Origin: Paramecium tetraurelia
Lineage: Eukaryota
Direction: 5' to 3'
DNA: 64,000 nt
Assembly (NCBI GenBank): GCA_000165425.1
Contig: CT868596.1
Span: forward strand, 124,001-188,000
Shown: positions 38,348 to 52,371 of the stretch, piece after piece
Numbering within the stretch: position 1 is the first letter of the stretch
Layout: each line of letters opens with the position of its first letter
The notes under the pieces: model-generated
Databases searched by the model: none
Told to the model about the DNA's origin: nothing
The model's input: only the letters and a program-made list of their open reading frames with translations
Position numbers and translations under genes: made by a program

Positions 38348-38727
38348 AATAAAAACAATTAATTTTTTTTATTCCTATTTAGTTTATATACAATCAACAT
38401 TTAAATATCTCAGCCAAGTTCTCAATCTTATCTGATCTAGTTTGAATGCACAATAAACTCATTGGTTTTGGTATTATATAAATATGGTCACTTGGAGTTT
38501 CGATTATCTGCAACTGTTGATATTTCCTTAGAGGATGGAATTAAGTTGTGTTGTATTTGATTGGAGATTGAGTGTTGTGAATTAGAGTGTGAATGGATAA
38601 TATTGCGAAAGAGGCTCAAATTAATAATTGTGTATTAGAGATGAATAATTAAATTCTGAAATTAGTGTATTTATATTTTTCTTGAATTTCATAAAATTTT
38701 AGTAATATTTATATCATACAATTAAAT

Positions 38728-40411
38728 ATGTCAGCAAAAGAATATGAAGCAGAGGATGATTTATTAGGATCTATTCTAAGAAGTAGTTTTATTTTGATTA
38801 ACTTAGATGATGATTATGAAGAAGTTTTTTCTAATAACAACAGTCCTTTATGCAATTAAGGGTTCGAAAGTGATAGCATTATTGAGAATGTAAGTGTTGA
38901 ATTCATATAATGTAGGCTTCTACTTCAGAAAAACAATATTTCGATAGTTTCAACAGATCGTTCGAACATATGTCTTTGGGATCCGATTAGGCCCAGAGTC
39001 CGATGTCGAATAAGGCTGTATATCCACAGTATCCACCGAATCATTTCAAATTTTCGAGATAAGATGATAGATAGAGTGTCTCAATAAGTTTTGATGGTCC
39101 CTCGTTTTCCACATAGGAAAGTTCGATCAATTGCAGAAAAATTGGAAATGAACACTTTGGATACTTGAATAAACCTCATAATCGAATGGTTGATTATTAA
39201 GTCCCCTATTCTCCAGGAGTGTTGAGGCCTCATGGAATTTATTAGCCTGGATTTAATTATTCTTAACCATTGAATGGATTAGGTTTTACTGGATATTAAT
39301 AAGAAAGACAGCCCTTGCATGAGATAAATGATGATATGCAATTGACCAATGACATAGTATGATTTCATGTTTATTTAATTAGGACAATATGTGTGGTAAC
39401 TAATTGTTGTCACGCAAGGTTCAGAAGATAATTGAGCATGGGAAACCAGATCAAAGAGAATTGATTTTTAATAAGCTCGAGAGATCGTGTGTTCAATTTT
39501 CAAAAGATGTGTTTGGAAATTATGTGATTTAGAAGATATTCGAAAAAGGTATTGATTTATAGTCTATTATCCAATAGGAACTCCAATTCAATAGTTGAGA
39601 TTATTTAATAAGATAAGACCTCATGCTTATGAATTGTCGAAGAATAATTTTGGATGTAGAGTTATTCAGAAGATTATTGAAATCATTTACAACAACGAGT
39701 CTCTACAAGACCAATTGATTGACTCAATCAAACTCTAAGTGAAATCTCTACTTTACGACTCAAGTGGTAACTATGTGATTCTCAAATGCTTGGAAGTATT
39801 GCAGAAAGAAAAGATCGAGTTTTTCTTATAACCAATCGAAGACTCAACCTTATACTTATGTTCATCTTAATATGGATGCAAGATATTGTTGAAGGCTCTT
39901 GAATTGTTTTCTCCCACTCAAACTGATAAGATCATGACCACTTGTTTGTAACACCAATACAATTTGTCTTAATAAGAATTCGGAAATCACATCTTACAAT
40001 TTGCCATTAAGAACACTCAGTATTAACAGTTTGTTGTCAACTTTGTACTCTCAAACTTTGAGAAATTGTGTATGAACAAATATGCTAGCAATACAGTTGA
40101 AAAGGTTGTGGAGGCCTCTACAAATGAAGTCAAATAGCAGATCATGTCTATACTCATTTCTAAGTCCTAAATCAACAGATAGTACTATTAATTATTTATT
40201 CATTAGAACCATTTTTGTGAATTTATCGATCAATCCATTTGGAAACTACGTTATGAAGAAAATGATCATTATGTCAAATCACAATATTTTGTAACCTTTG
40301 ATAGACATTTTGAGATAAGATTAATATCTGATCACAGCAATAAGATCCTCCGATTTCGGCTAAAGAATCTATTAGCTAATCGAAAAGACCTTATTAATGT
40401 ACAAATCATGA
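38728..40411 (+). CDS. Pumilio/Puf RNA-binding protein
   Basis: Puf repeats DVFGNYVIQK, NNFGCRVIQK, DSSGNYVILK, QEFGNHILQF, NKYASNTVEK, NPFGNYVMKK after a low-complexity N-terminus. Confidence 0.9.
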
Positions 40412-40488
40412 ATATAATTGAGATTATTATGACAATATAATTATGAATAAAAAATTAGACATTATTTATTAATAATATTTATTAACGT

Positions 40489-41106
40489 ATGCAATTCACT
40501 CCCGACACTCGAAATGTGGGAGGTCGATAGATCATCATATCACAATTATGGGGACATCGATTATGTTTACAATAAATAAAAGAAAGACAAATCAATTTGG
40601 ATCTTAGAAATTAATTTGACAAAAAGAACGAAAATTAAAAAATACCTTACATACATGATTTCCATATGGAAATACACAAAAAGAAGCTATAGACCATTAA
40701 AGAATGTTTGACAGACAGAAATAAAAAAGAACCATCCTACTTCTTCAGAAGATTGCCATCCCCAACTAATATAAGTTCTCTTCAAAATAAATTGAACAAT
40801 ATCAAATCGAAGTCAACTTAAGAAAAGATGCTTTATACAAAGCTTCTACCCCCACCTAATATCGAATTAAGTAAATTTATACCCGAAAGCACCAAAACTA
40901 AAGTGGATTGGGAAGCTTGTATTAAAACTTTACAAGGACCCTAATATCCAATCAAAAAATGGGTTCGACAATTAGCAATATAAAATCGCATTTTTGATGA
41001 AACTGATTTTGCCATTTTAATAAGAATTTTAGTATAAGCATATTAAATAAAATAAACAACTTTAATAAACATAGTCTCTGAATTAATTGAGGAATTTGAA
41101 AAGTGA
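40489..41106 (+). CDS. Hypothetical protein (205 aa, intronless)
   Basis: MQFTPDTRNVGGRQIIISQLWGH...ELIEEFEK-TGA; 618 nt. Confidence 0.65.
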
Positions 41107-41181
41107 TTGAAATTTGAATTGGTATTATTACTTTATATCTTATAAACTATTACAATTCATTCTAAAATAATTATTATTTAA

Positions 41182-42204
41182 ATGTAATATTGTCTTAGAT
41201 TAGCAAATAATCAAATAGTATTAGTTTAGAGATATAAAATCTTAGGAATAATTTTTATTAACATAATTATATCCATTTCTTAACAATCTCAGGGAGTTTC
41301 TATGTTTTAAACTTAATATAACTTAAAAATATGACATCTATAAAGAGTCATTAATTATCTTATTGAATTACATTATGTGTTAATATGCATTAAAATAACA
41401 TAAATTGAATTATCATATACCATTTAATTTTTATACACTTATTATAAATATAAAGTAGAGAGAAGCAAAACTTACTAAATATACACCTCATATCTGCTGA
41501 ACATGCTTCAGCAAAGCCTAAACTTGAGACTTTTTCCTTTATTCTACGTTCTTGAAGAGCCTCCTAAGTATTTAAGCTCAATTATGAATCATCAAGAAAT
41601 ACTAACCTGGTGTGTGGTTGCCTAAATAATAATAATAAAATCGATATGGAGCACTATTATTTCCTTTGAATTTCAGTTTTACGGATTATTACTGAAGCCA
41701 CTTTTGAAATTATTAATAGATTTTAAGTTTTGTTTTCCACTTAATAAATAATATTTCACTTAAAAAAACAGAATTTATTGAAATCTCTAAATGGATTCTT
41801 CAATTAGTAATATAATGGTTGATAGAGAGGAAAATGATGCTTTGTGTATAAAATATGGGGAACTTCTTCCTTTGATCCCAAAAACAAAAGATGACATTAA
41901 ATTAAAAAATCAAATGCATGTCGCTCTGAAATAGCAAAGCTTCATTGGTTCTTTAGCTACCACAAAGGAATGGACTAAAACTTTATTGCATACTAGCACA
42001 TTGATTAGTAAAGAAGCATATGTCAGGTCACTGAACTCAATGGAAGCATTTTATGAAAAACAACAAAATGAGTCGGCAGAAAATCAAACTAAGAGTCTTT
42101 CCCCTATAAAACATTAGTTTGAAGATATATCTGACTATACTTTCAAATTGTAGAACGGTATAAAGAAAGTGAGATTTAGATTAAATTCAGATTATCAAGC
42201 ATGA
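41182..42204 (+). CDS. Hypothetical protein (start and introns uncertain)
   Basis: Code-6 coding-like stretches ending KKVRFRLNSDYQA-TGA at 42202-42204. Confidence 0.4.
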
Positions 42205-43058
42205 CCTTTGTATTTGTGAATAGTTTTTGTGTATATTGTATTTGTTTATATAACTCGTATTTTTCTATCTTATATCGCATGCTGAATGCACTTTATTCAA
42301 TAAATTAAGGGATTTAAATATTTAGAGTTTGTCATATGCGATTGATAAGAAAATAGAATAATGATTTAATTTGAATCAAATTTTAAAAAATATTAATATT
42401 TGACAACTCGTATAATGAATAATAATCATTTTTAATAAAGTTTCTAAATTTATGAATTAGTGTAAATCTATACATTATAATATTAAATCAAATACAGTGA
42501 TAATATTAAGACAAATGATTCGAATTATTAGAATATTGATATTGAATAAGTTCAATTTTATAGTTAGTGAAATACTAATTACTGGATATTTAAGCACTTA
42601 ATTTAATTTTGTAGAGAATGATGAAAAGTGAAGCAAAATAAATAACTCATATATAAATTTAGATAAATATTCTTTATTTAATTGAATTTAATTATTGACT
42701 CAGGGTTTAAAATTATTTATATATTTAACAATTATTTTCTTTTAACTTTATAATATATACTCCTTTCTAAATTATTCTATTTTCAGAGACTATGGACTTT
42801 ATAAATTAAGAATGAGATAAATCAAAATTTGATTTTAATTGAATTATCATGATTGATTGATATAATATATCAACATAAAATTATTTGAAGTATGATTCAA
42901 ACAAAAAACAAAAATTTTTATTAATGATGTGGATTAAATAAAACAATTGATTTTTTGAGTAAATTATTATAAGGAAGAGATCAGTATGTAATTTTATTAA
43001 TTTCAAATATTTTAAATCATTATTACATTTAATTTATTTGGTAAGGATAAATTTTAGA

Positions 43059-44805
43059 ATGCAAAAATATTTATTGGATAATCTGCCACTCTCTTTACAA
43101 GAGAGAAACTTGCTCTATGCAAATGGGTAACAGGTGTATGATTAAGTTATGAAGGATGGAGGATTTGTGAAGGTATTTATATAATTTTACAAAATAGGTT
43201 TATTGTCAAAGAGATTTGCCTGCATATTTAAAAGAAGATGATTGGGTGACCTTTTATTAAAGCAAGGTGATTGCCTATGAATACAAATCGATGGTTGATG
43301 GTTCTTGCATAGGCAAACCGTACTATTATAATTTTAGTGAAATGCTAAAAATCTATGAAGAGAAGTCTTTATCCTGGTTAAAACATCAAATTAGCATACT
43401 CACAATAGACCCAAAAGCTTTAGAAATGATAAATGTGTTTTTTAATTTCGATGCTCTTAAATAAAATCATGGAAATTAATATACTGATATCAGAGTATAA
43501 CAACCTGGATATGATTCATTTTCACCATGTCGAATAAATTAACAATTGGAGGGAATGAAGATTATGGATTATATAGATTATCTTAATGATCCAACAAAAT
43601 TCATAAGAAAAGAAGGATTATAAGCAGATCAACGGTTGTTTGCTGTCAATGTGAATATGCAAGGTTGGGATAAGGAGATAAACCACTTGAAATAGTTCTT
43701 ACCAAAGTGTTTGAGACCTCAAGGGGATAATGACGGATTAAGCTACTTAAGATAGGAGATTGATGGTGTCAATATACCTTAAATATATATTAAAACAGAT
43801 GGAGTGTGGACGGGAGGACATTAAGAAAACCTTAGTGTAAATGCTATCAATATCAATCATGGACCTGCAGATTGTATTTGGATTACAGTGGATAATGAAA
43901 ATGTGTAAAGATTAAGATAAAAAGTCTTAGAATTATTAGAAACTGATATTTTTAAGAATGAAGGATTGTGGTTTAAGGAACCAGAATTCTTTTTGAAAAA
44001 TGGAATACCATTTCGATACACCTTGTAAAAGAAAGGAGATGTAGTTATATTGGGTGCTGGTTGTTTACATTGGGTGAAATCCTTGGGATAAACAATTAAT
44101 ACTGCTTGGAATCAAGTTGCTTTGGATGATATGACCCTTGAAGCCATGAGTGAAAGACACAAATTGAATAAAGAAATCAATTACAGAACTGTTATTCCAT
44201 ACAAGAATCTGATGTTAGACTTATATATACATGAAAAATCCTTATCTTAAATGACAATTGAAAGAATTTAATTAGAACTTTAAAATTTCTTTGATTAGGA
44301 AAATAGAAAATTGCACCTTATAGATCCGCCGTCATCTTAATTAGTTGAATGTTGTAAAGAGGTTTAATTATGTTCCAAATGTGAACATGAAATATTCTTA
44401 TACTTTTATCATGACAATGAGGAGTATTTGTGTTTAGAGTGTGTAATAAATAAACCCAATCATAAGAGTTTACCAATTTCTATGAAATATAGATATCATT
44501 GTTTCTATTACTTATTATAGGCACAACCATCCTAATGCAACTAAGAATTCTGTTGTCCTTACACTGGAAAAACTAAATGTTCTATTTAACAGGAGTTGAA
44601 ACCAGCACAATTCAAACACAAAGGATAACCAAAACTAAATTCAATGTTACATGGAACAGATAAAATGAGGAAGAAGAAATTTGATAGAATGGATTATGAA
44701 ATTGATGCAAAAACATCTATCTATAATGATAAGTAAAAGACAAGGGGTAGAAAACAATCCATTGACAAATCATAGCCAGCAATCAAACGAACTAGAAATT
44801 ATTGA
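43059..44805 (+). CDS. JmjC histone demethylase, KDM6/UTX/JMJD3-type (putative H3K27me2/3 demethylase)
   Basis: GVNIPQIYIKTDGVWTGGHQENLSVNAININHGPADCIW...QKKGDVVILGAGCLHWVKSLGQTINTAWN carries the HxE...H iron ligands, followed by CxxC...CxxC zinc motifs. One 25-nt intron; 573 aa. Confidence 0.88.
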
Positions 44806-45079
44806 TGATTTAATAATAAAATTAAGAAATTTTAAATTAAATTGTTTTCTCAATTCATTATTAATTAACTTACAATTTTTTCATTTATTTTTTTGTTAAT
44901 ATTAAATCAACTACTAATAATTCATTTAAATTTATTATCAGTTTTTTGCAATCTCATCAAATATTTTAGTATGTAATTATGTAGAAAATAAACCGAATTC
45001 ATTATCATAGATTTTCCTCCATTTATGTAAATTTTATAATGTGATTGTTATTTTGAAAATAAAATAAAACTCAATAAAA

Positions 45080-46386
45080 ATGATTGATCTAATATCAAGT
45101 CCCTCTCCAATTCCACAAAACTCTATTACAAAAGATTAACATCTCCAGTGTAATTGGATGTAATAACGTTTCTTATTTACACAAAGCCATTGTAAAAAAA
45201 TTGACTTTGATAACAGTCATACTACGTAACTTTTGAAATAATCTTGAAGGAAATCTATTTTTCCTATCTCTTCATAAGAAGAAATAAGGATTCCAAGTGC
45301 AAAAATTGAAATTAAGGAGTTATAAGATCCATCAATTTTAAGCACATATGCTCAATCCTACATTGACAAAAACCAATTCTCACTCTCTTGTGGACCCTAG
45401 AAGAGTCAAGTAACATTAAACCTCTTGATTGCTGGACAATCTGGAACAGGAAAATCCACTTTCGTTGATGCTTTACTCAATAAAGTAATAATCCTAAAAA
45501 ACAATATCTAGAAACCAATTTCAAGACAATATGAGGGAAACAGATCTGAAACTAACAACGTGTAGGAATCAATGGGCATCATCGAATACGATAACCAAAT
45601 TGTTTATTTAAACATCTTTGATGCAAAAGGTTTTTAAAAAAATAACCAAAAAGACTGGTTTAAGGATATTAGACATTTAATAGATTAAAAGGTATTTTGA
45701 GATCCCTATTAAAGTTCAAAACATAAATTAGAAGAAATAAGTACGCTTATCTCAACAAAACATTATATTCTTAAATGTCCAATTTAGTTAATGACGAAAG
45801 AGTAAGCAATTGTGTCACTATTCCATAGATTCACTTATGTCTTTACTTTCTGAGCGGACCAGCTTATTTTAATGAGGACATCCAATATTTACAAAAGTTA
45901 TCCAACTTAGTAAATGTTATTCCAATCTTGGCGAGAGGTGATTAATATACAAAATCTGAAGTTCTTGAATTAAAACTAAGATACAATACGATCTTCAAAG
46001 AGTTCAAAATTGACCTCTATGATTGTCTCAAGATTAATGATGAGTCATTTAAATAATAACTAAAATATGGAGAATTTGGACAGTGTTCTCCATTCATGAT
46101 TATTGCTTCTACCTATGAGTATTACAATGAATAAGGCAAGAAGATTTAAGGCAGACAATATCCTTGGGGATAGTGTGATCTTTGGAATCCTCAGCATTCA
46201 GATTTCTTGTTGCTCTACAAATCATTGATAGGATATTACATATATGATTTAATTAAGCTTACTGATTTCTATCAGCATAGCTTTGTTAAAAGAAAGCAAG
46301 AAACTCAAAAGAAAAATAAAAGCCGAATGGGTTTTTTAAACTCAATATTAGTTCATATCAATTAAATATTATATTTGATGGATTGA
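45080..46386 (+). CDS. Septin family GTPase
   Basis: NLLIAGQSGTGKSTF, IFDAKGF, DER/IHLCLYFL, VNVIPILARGD, GRQYPWG...HSDF. Confidence 0.9.
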
Positions 46387-46451
46387 TACTTTAATTTTGT
46401 ATTATTTTATCTACTATACATATTATTAACACATTATAATTGTTATGATAA

Positions 46452-47778
46452 TCATAATAATATAATTTACTCTCTAATATATGATGTTGGACTAATCTTT
46501 GATGAAATATTCAATGCCTACTTCTCATATTCTAATGCTTAACATTTTATTTACAATCTGCCTCATACGCTCTGTTCTCTGTCTTTAATAAAAGGCTATA
46601 TTATGTTAAACCCATCATCTATAAAAACGACAGTCTAGGTTGTTATGAGTTCAAGAAGTCAAGTAGAACTGTTTCAGCCTAATTGACCTTATTGTCAATC
46701 ATTGAAATTTTGGCATATTGCAACAGGGATCTTCCAAAATTGATTATATTTAAATTTGGACTTTGTGTTTTATTCTTAAAAACAACTTTGATCCATGCCG
46801 TGGCTTTCTTTTTGAATTTAATGATTAAATATTACATCTGGATATTAGTGATTTATTAACAAATCTATCAAATTAAACATTACTGAATAAGAATTTGGAT
46901 TTACTATCTAAGTTCCATTGATTATCGCATTAATTTCTTTTTTATCAATGTATGTCTTGTTTAGATCTAAGAATTACTTCTGTTTAATCGATTAATTTAT
47001 ATAAATAATAAAGCTCTTTTTTATTCTCTTCTACTGTAGTCAATTCAAAGGCCATGATTGCATCTAAAAGATTCTTAATATTCTATTAACAGAAGGCATC
47101 AAAATCTCCTTTTAACTTCTTAATTTCCCCTTCCAAATTGAGTTCAGATAAAATTACTTAATTATTCAAACACATTCCTTTAAATTAGTAAATACATATA
47201 CCTGCCAAACTCCCCTTTGCTCCCGAATCCTGTGCAGATACCAACAATTTCTAGGAATTTTCATAATTCTTATTTAGCAATTCTAAAGTCTAAAGGTATT
47301 CACAATTTTTACTCCTGCATATGTGTAAAATTCCTTCTAAAATCCAAGTGGGATAATATCATCAACTTTCTCTTATAAAAATGACAGCATTGCTTGGCCT
47401 CGCTTTGGATCATATTCGATATAAGATCTAAACAACTCTTTTAAGGATTCTGAATTATCCTCGTTATAAATAGAATTCATTGACAAATAAGTAAAAAATT
47501 GTTCCTCTTAGATGGATATTAAATCTTTATAATTTTTGGTTTGCTTGTATAATTGGACAAATAAATCCAAAACTTCTTGGGATGCATTTGGGTCCTGTAA
47601 GTTTTCTACTTATTATTTCAATTAAAATAAATATTCTTGAGCTTGAGCATATTCATTCTAAAATAAGGCTTAAATGGCTGATGAATAAACAGGTAGTTAC
47701 TGCAATTCTTATTTATTATAAAAGAGTACATGAATTTATTCCAATCTTGTATGAAATTCTTAGAATCGATTTAAGCAT
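46452..47778 (-). CDS. Helical (TPR-like) hypothetical protein, possibly with a mitochondrial presequence
   Basis: MLKSILRISYKIGINS... basic/hydroxylated N-terminus followed by amphipathic helical repeats; tiny introns. Confidence 0.5.
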
Positions 47779-48349
47779 AAATTATTTTAGTATAATTTAT
47801 TTTTTAAATTATTTACTAATTAAAATATCCCAAATATATCATAAGTAAAATATATGATCGATATCTTTATTTTAACAAATCAAGCATGAAAAATCATCAA
47901 TGCATAATTGTAAAGGAATAATTATCATCAATTTAATATATTAAAATACTTATAGCCAATTAATAATTTATTAAATCTTATATAGTTATCGTTAAATTTT
48001 TATTTATCAACAGATCAAACTTTTGAAATTTTGACAATAATTATTTTGATTTTTGTATTATTTGGTCTCATTCATTGGTTATTGTCAAGATTTGATGGGT
48101 GTTTTCAAAAAAAAGATTTTTGATTTAAAAAAAATAGGAATATTAATGATTAATATTAATGTAAAGAAGCATGATGAAGAAGTTTATAAGTGAGGGAAAG
48201 ATTTTTAAGAGTTAGAATGTATATTTTGTTATTAGATATTCTTGATAAAGTTTATTTGATTTATTTTGTTCGAGCTATAGTTAGGACTAATATTATGAGT
48301 TTAATAGGTATTGTATGTAAACAGAATGATAAGAATATAAATGAAATAA

Positions 48350-48532
48350 TCATATTGGCTTTGAATCTGACAATTGTTGCTTTTCTTTACTACAATTTCT
48401 TCTTATAACAATTGGATTTTTTATTAGAAGAAAGTTTTGCTCCAAACCTAAGCAATCTGATTATATCAATTGTTCTATTTATTCTATATCGTCTCTTTTT
48501 CTTGGTTTCGCTTTTCTTATAGAGCAGCCCAT
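48350..48532 (-). CDS. 60-aa microprotein with MGC dual-acylation N-terminus
   Basis: MGCSIRKAKPRKRDDIEQIEQLIQSDCLGLEQNFLLIKNPIVIRRNCSKEKQQLSDSKPI-TGA; 183 nt, AT-rich leader. Confidence 0.55.
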
Positions 48533-48705
48533 CTATTAAATTGGATAAGAGTTGAAATGAATTATTAAAAATATTAATAAATATCCATAATTTGGAGAGA
48601 TTTGAAATTGAAAACAAATTGAGGGAATTTTTGAATTCTGAGGATTACGTAATTTGTTATTTTTGTCAATCATTTGCAATAATATAAATATAACTTTAAT
48701 TATAA

Positions 48706-51305
48706 ATGAATGAAGATCAAATTAATTTAGAATAACAGATCTTTGGTCCTTAAATTACCCAAATTCCTGATTTAACTCAATATTAGAAACAACATTTGGA
48801 GTCATAAGAATCAATGCGATCAATTGAAAGTCCTCATATTTAAACTAATCGTTTTTTTGTAAGTAAGTAGAGGTTATAGAAACTAACAAGAATAATCAAT
48901 ACACCCTCGAATAATTAGATAAAGTCAGAGTAAAAGATACCTCATAAATTAGATGAAAATGAGGCTTTTACAAGACTTGTAAGAAAAAATCGATTAATAT
49001 AAAAATTCAAATAAAATTTGTTTTTGAATTCATATATACTTTCTAATGCTTTGAAGACAAAAATCTTATCGTAAGAAAAATATATTTAACCTCAAATATT
49101 TAGATTCTTGTAGAGTATTTATTATGATATAAATAGATAGAATATGGCTCATCTAAATTAAAGCCAGCAATTCTACTGCCCCAAAGCCCTTTCTTGTATT
49201 TGTGGGATTTAATAACCTTATTGGCAAGTATCCTGGCTCTATGGATTTGTCCATTTTTATTAAGTTTTTCATTCGATGAATACTCATTTCCAAAAATAAT
49301 AATAGGACTCATTGCTCATTTGATAATCGATAACATCCTAGCCGTAAATCGAGCATACATTGAGTAAGGAGAAGTGATAGTGGATCGAAAGTAAATTATT
49401 TTGTAATACATGAACAACTAAGCAGTTTTAGAGATTGTGTCGTTGATGTTATGGATTGGTATTTATCCAAACATCCTCAAGGAGTTCAATTCATCCAAAT
49501 AAATATTGCTGATCCTGCAAAACATCATAGTACTTATAAAATTAAAGAGAACCAATACTAAAATGGAGAACATCTATCTAAAACATACATTAAGTAATGC
49601 AGCCGATTTATTAACTCTAATTTTATCGATCTATTTCTTTGCCCATTTTATGGCCTGTCTCTTTCATTACGTAGGAGTTATTACTGAGGAAAATGCACAC
49701 ACTTGGCTAATTTAAAGATAGATAAGACACGAGTAGGTGTGGATCAGATACAATACATCATTTTATTGGGCAACTATGACGATTACAACTGTTGGGTATG
49801 GAGATATTACTCCTGAAAATTAAGGGGAGATGCTGTTTGTTAATTTAATGATGTTACTTTCTAGTTTTTTATTTGCTTACTCTATGAATTCAATAGGGAT
49901 TATACTAAGAAATCTATATGAGCAAAATAAGAATTAAAAGTAAGTATTTAATTCTATACAAAATTAGACGGTCAATTTTGCAATTGGATAATTACATGAA
50001 TCATAATTAGGTAGATCTTTCCTTACAGATTAGAATTAGAAATTATTTGAAACATAAAATGACTAATATGAATTACGAAAAGATTGAATTTATAAATAAA
50101 ACGATTTCTGAATTACCAAAAGGCCTAAGATTTGAATTGAACTAAAATATATCTGAAAAAATACTGAAATCTATTAAATTATTTTCAGATCAATTTAGTA
50201 AAATAACTCAACAAGCATTGACATAGAAAATGAATCGATTACTATTTCAGCCTGAGGAATATGTATATCATTAATATGAAATTGATGATTAATCCTTGTA
50301 ATATATTTAATTATTGAGAGATATTTCGTAAAGGAAGGAATTATTGATATTTGTGAAGAATAAAGCCAATAAGTTATATAAACATTGACAAAAGGACAGA
50401 CTTTTGGAGAATACTAATTCTTTACAGGATTTCCAACTAAAACTTGTGCTTTCAGTAGAACATAAAGTGAAGTTGTTTAAATTCATAGATCTAACTTTCT
50501 AAAATTAATAAAAGATGATAAAAAAGACCTGGAAAGATTTAATCATATCAAGGATAAGATTCTATTATATTCAAATTATAACTCTATATTACTCAATTGT
50601 AATCAATGTAATAGGAGCACACATCTCAATATCAATTGTCCATTACTAACCTATCAACCTGATCTTGAGGGTATGATAAAGAAAAATTCTATCAAGAAGG
50701 ACCCTTAAAAGAGAATGGGATATATTCGAAAAGGTGATAAAATAAATACAAGAAGAATGTTAACTACAATTCAGGATTCTCTTAATAAGTTTTAATCAGA
50801 ATGCTAAATCAACTCAGAGGATGAATAATCTAGATATATGTCTCCTGATTATAACAGTCGTATCAATTATAGAAAAAAGTCAATTAAGAAACCTCATTAA
50901 ATGATATCAATATCAAATACAGTTATATCTGAAAAAGATATGCTCCCATCAGATAAACTCATTTAAATTTTGCCATCTAGAGAGAATTTTGAAAAAAGGA
51001 AAACTACACCTTCCAAGTTTCTGATATAAGGCGAAGAGTCTATATATAAGGAATAAAACAAGGATATGCTTTAAGATTTTGAAACCAAGCTACAATTCCA
51101 TCATATCAATATAGATTAGATCAAAATTTATTAAGATTATATGCCGCATAATAATTTTCATAATGTACTCAAAGGTCTTGAATTAATAAGTAGTACCAAA
51201 TATTATAAAAATAAATACAAAGAAACTGGAAAATATACTTTTAATCATTTAGTTAAACAAAAATCTTTACATCTCAGGAAATGGTATGAACATAAATTAA
51301 AATGA
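48706..51305 (+). CDS. Cyclic-nucleotide-regulated (EAG/CNG-like) potassium channel
   Basis: TM segments, AHFMACLFH, pore FYWATMTITTVGYGDITP, C-linker and CNBD (FQPEEYVY...GQTFGE). Confidence 0.92.
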
Positions 51306-51449
51306 TTATCTTTTTTATGTATATATTTAAGAAATACAATTCTTAATAATAATATACAAATAATTGTCTTTAGACTCAAAATCAATCCATCTATTTCCGA
51401 TTGGCAAGTGATTAATTAAATAAGTCCCTAAAGCTTTGACATCATTTAT

Positions 51450-52330
51450 TTAATTTTAGGTGAGGTTTTTCAGGTTCTAATCATAAAATTAGTGAGTTGA
51501 TTGTTTTAATTTTTATACAGGGTACAAGAAAATAATTATGAAAATCATAAAGATACCCTTAAAATAAAAAAAGGTAGCTTTGAAATCAAATAAAAAGATT
51601 GGAACTTTTAGAGCATATTAAATTTGATTTGAAGATAACATATAATTAAATCCTTGTATTAATTAATAGATTTTTTCTATCAAGAACATTATATAAATAA
51701 ACTTAAAAATAGAAATTTATACTTTTAAATAAAATATTTAGTAAATTAGATCCTAAAAGGATAATACTTCACCCATAACATTGGAGATTCCCATCACGAT
51801 TTGAAACCATAATACTAATATTTAAGTCAATAATTAAAATATTCTTGTTGATAATTATGATGTAGCTGGACTGTGTAATTTTTGAAGTTCTGAATAAATT
51901 GTATCTCACAGTCAAAACTTTCCAATTTTAGTTCTTGTTATTATCGTGTCCCAGAGTTTATTCTATATTTAACTCAATATGAAGTTCAGTAGATATCTGT
52001 GCATTAGGTTGCATAAGAAGGAATTAATAATAAAAGAGCCACTTTTAAAGGGAAAAATGAAGTAGTTCAATTATTAGTACTATAATGATGATCTTTAGTT
52101 TTGTTTAAACAACGTGGATTTTTTGAAAAAGTTTCTTTTTCTAAATAAAGGCTATTTTAAGGAGATTTCTAAATATACAAGATAAGTTTCAAAAAGAAAT
52201 TTAGTTGAATTTATGATTTAGATTTACTAAAGCGAGAATAGTAAGATTTATGTTCAATATTTCAGCATAACTTAGAATAGAGTAGAAATGTGCTTATGCA
52301 TCGATTATTCAAAGATGTGGTAAATGGAAT
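51450..52330 (+). pseudogene. Degenerate GSK3-like (CMGC) protein kinase pseudogene
   Basis: Remnants HHDLKP...NILVD...LCNF*SS (TGA at 51883-51885 in place of the DFG Gly), YYRVPEFI, then frameshifted SVDICALGCI and EPLLKGKNEVVQL. Confidence 0.7.
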
Positions 52331-52371
52331 ATATTTACAATAAAATATTTTACTAATGTATTTAATGTAAA

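Noticed and set aside
40489..41106. Faint resemblance to SPATA7-like ciliary proteins
   Set aside because: The similarity is only impressionistic and needs an HMM search; left as hypothetical.
16383..44805. CtIP, CenH3 and KDM6-like genes as a germline/development cluster
   Set aside because: They are spread over 28 kb among unrelated metabolic and membrane genes; chance is sufficient.
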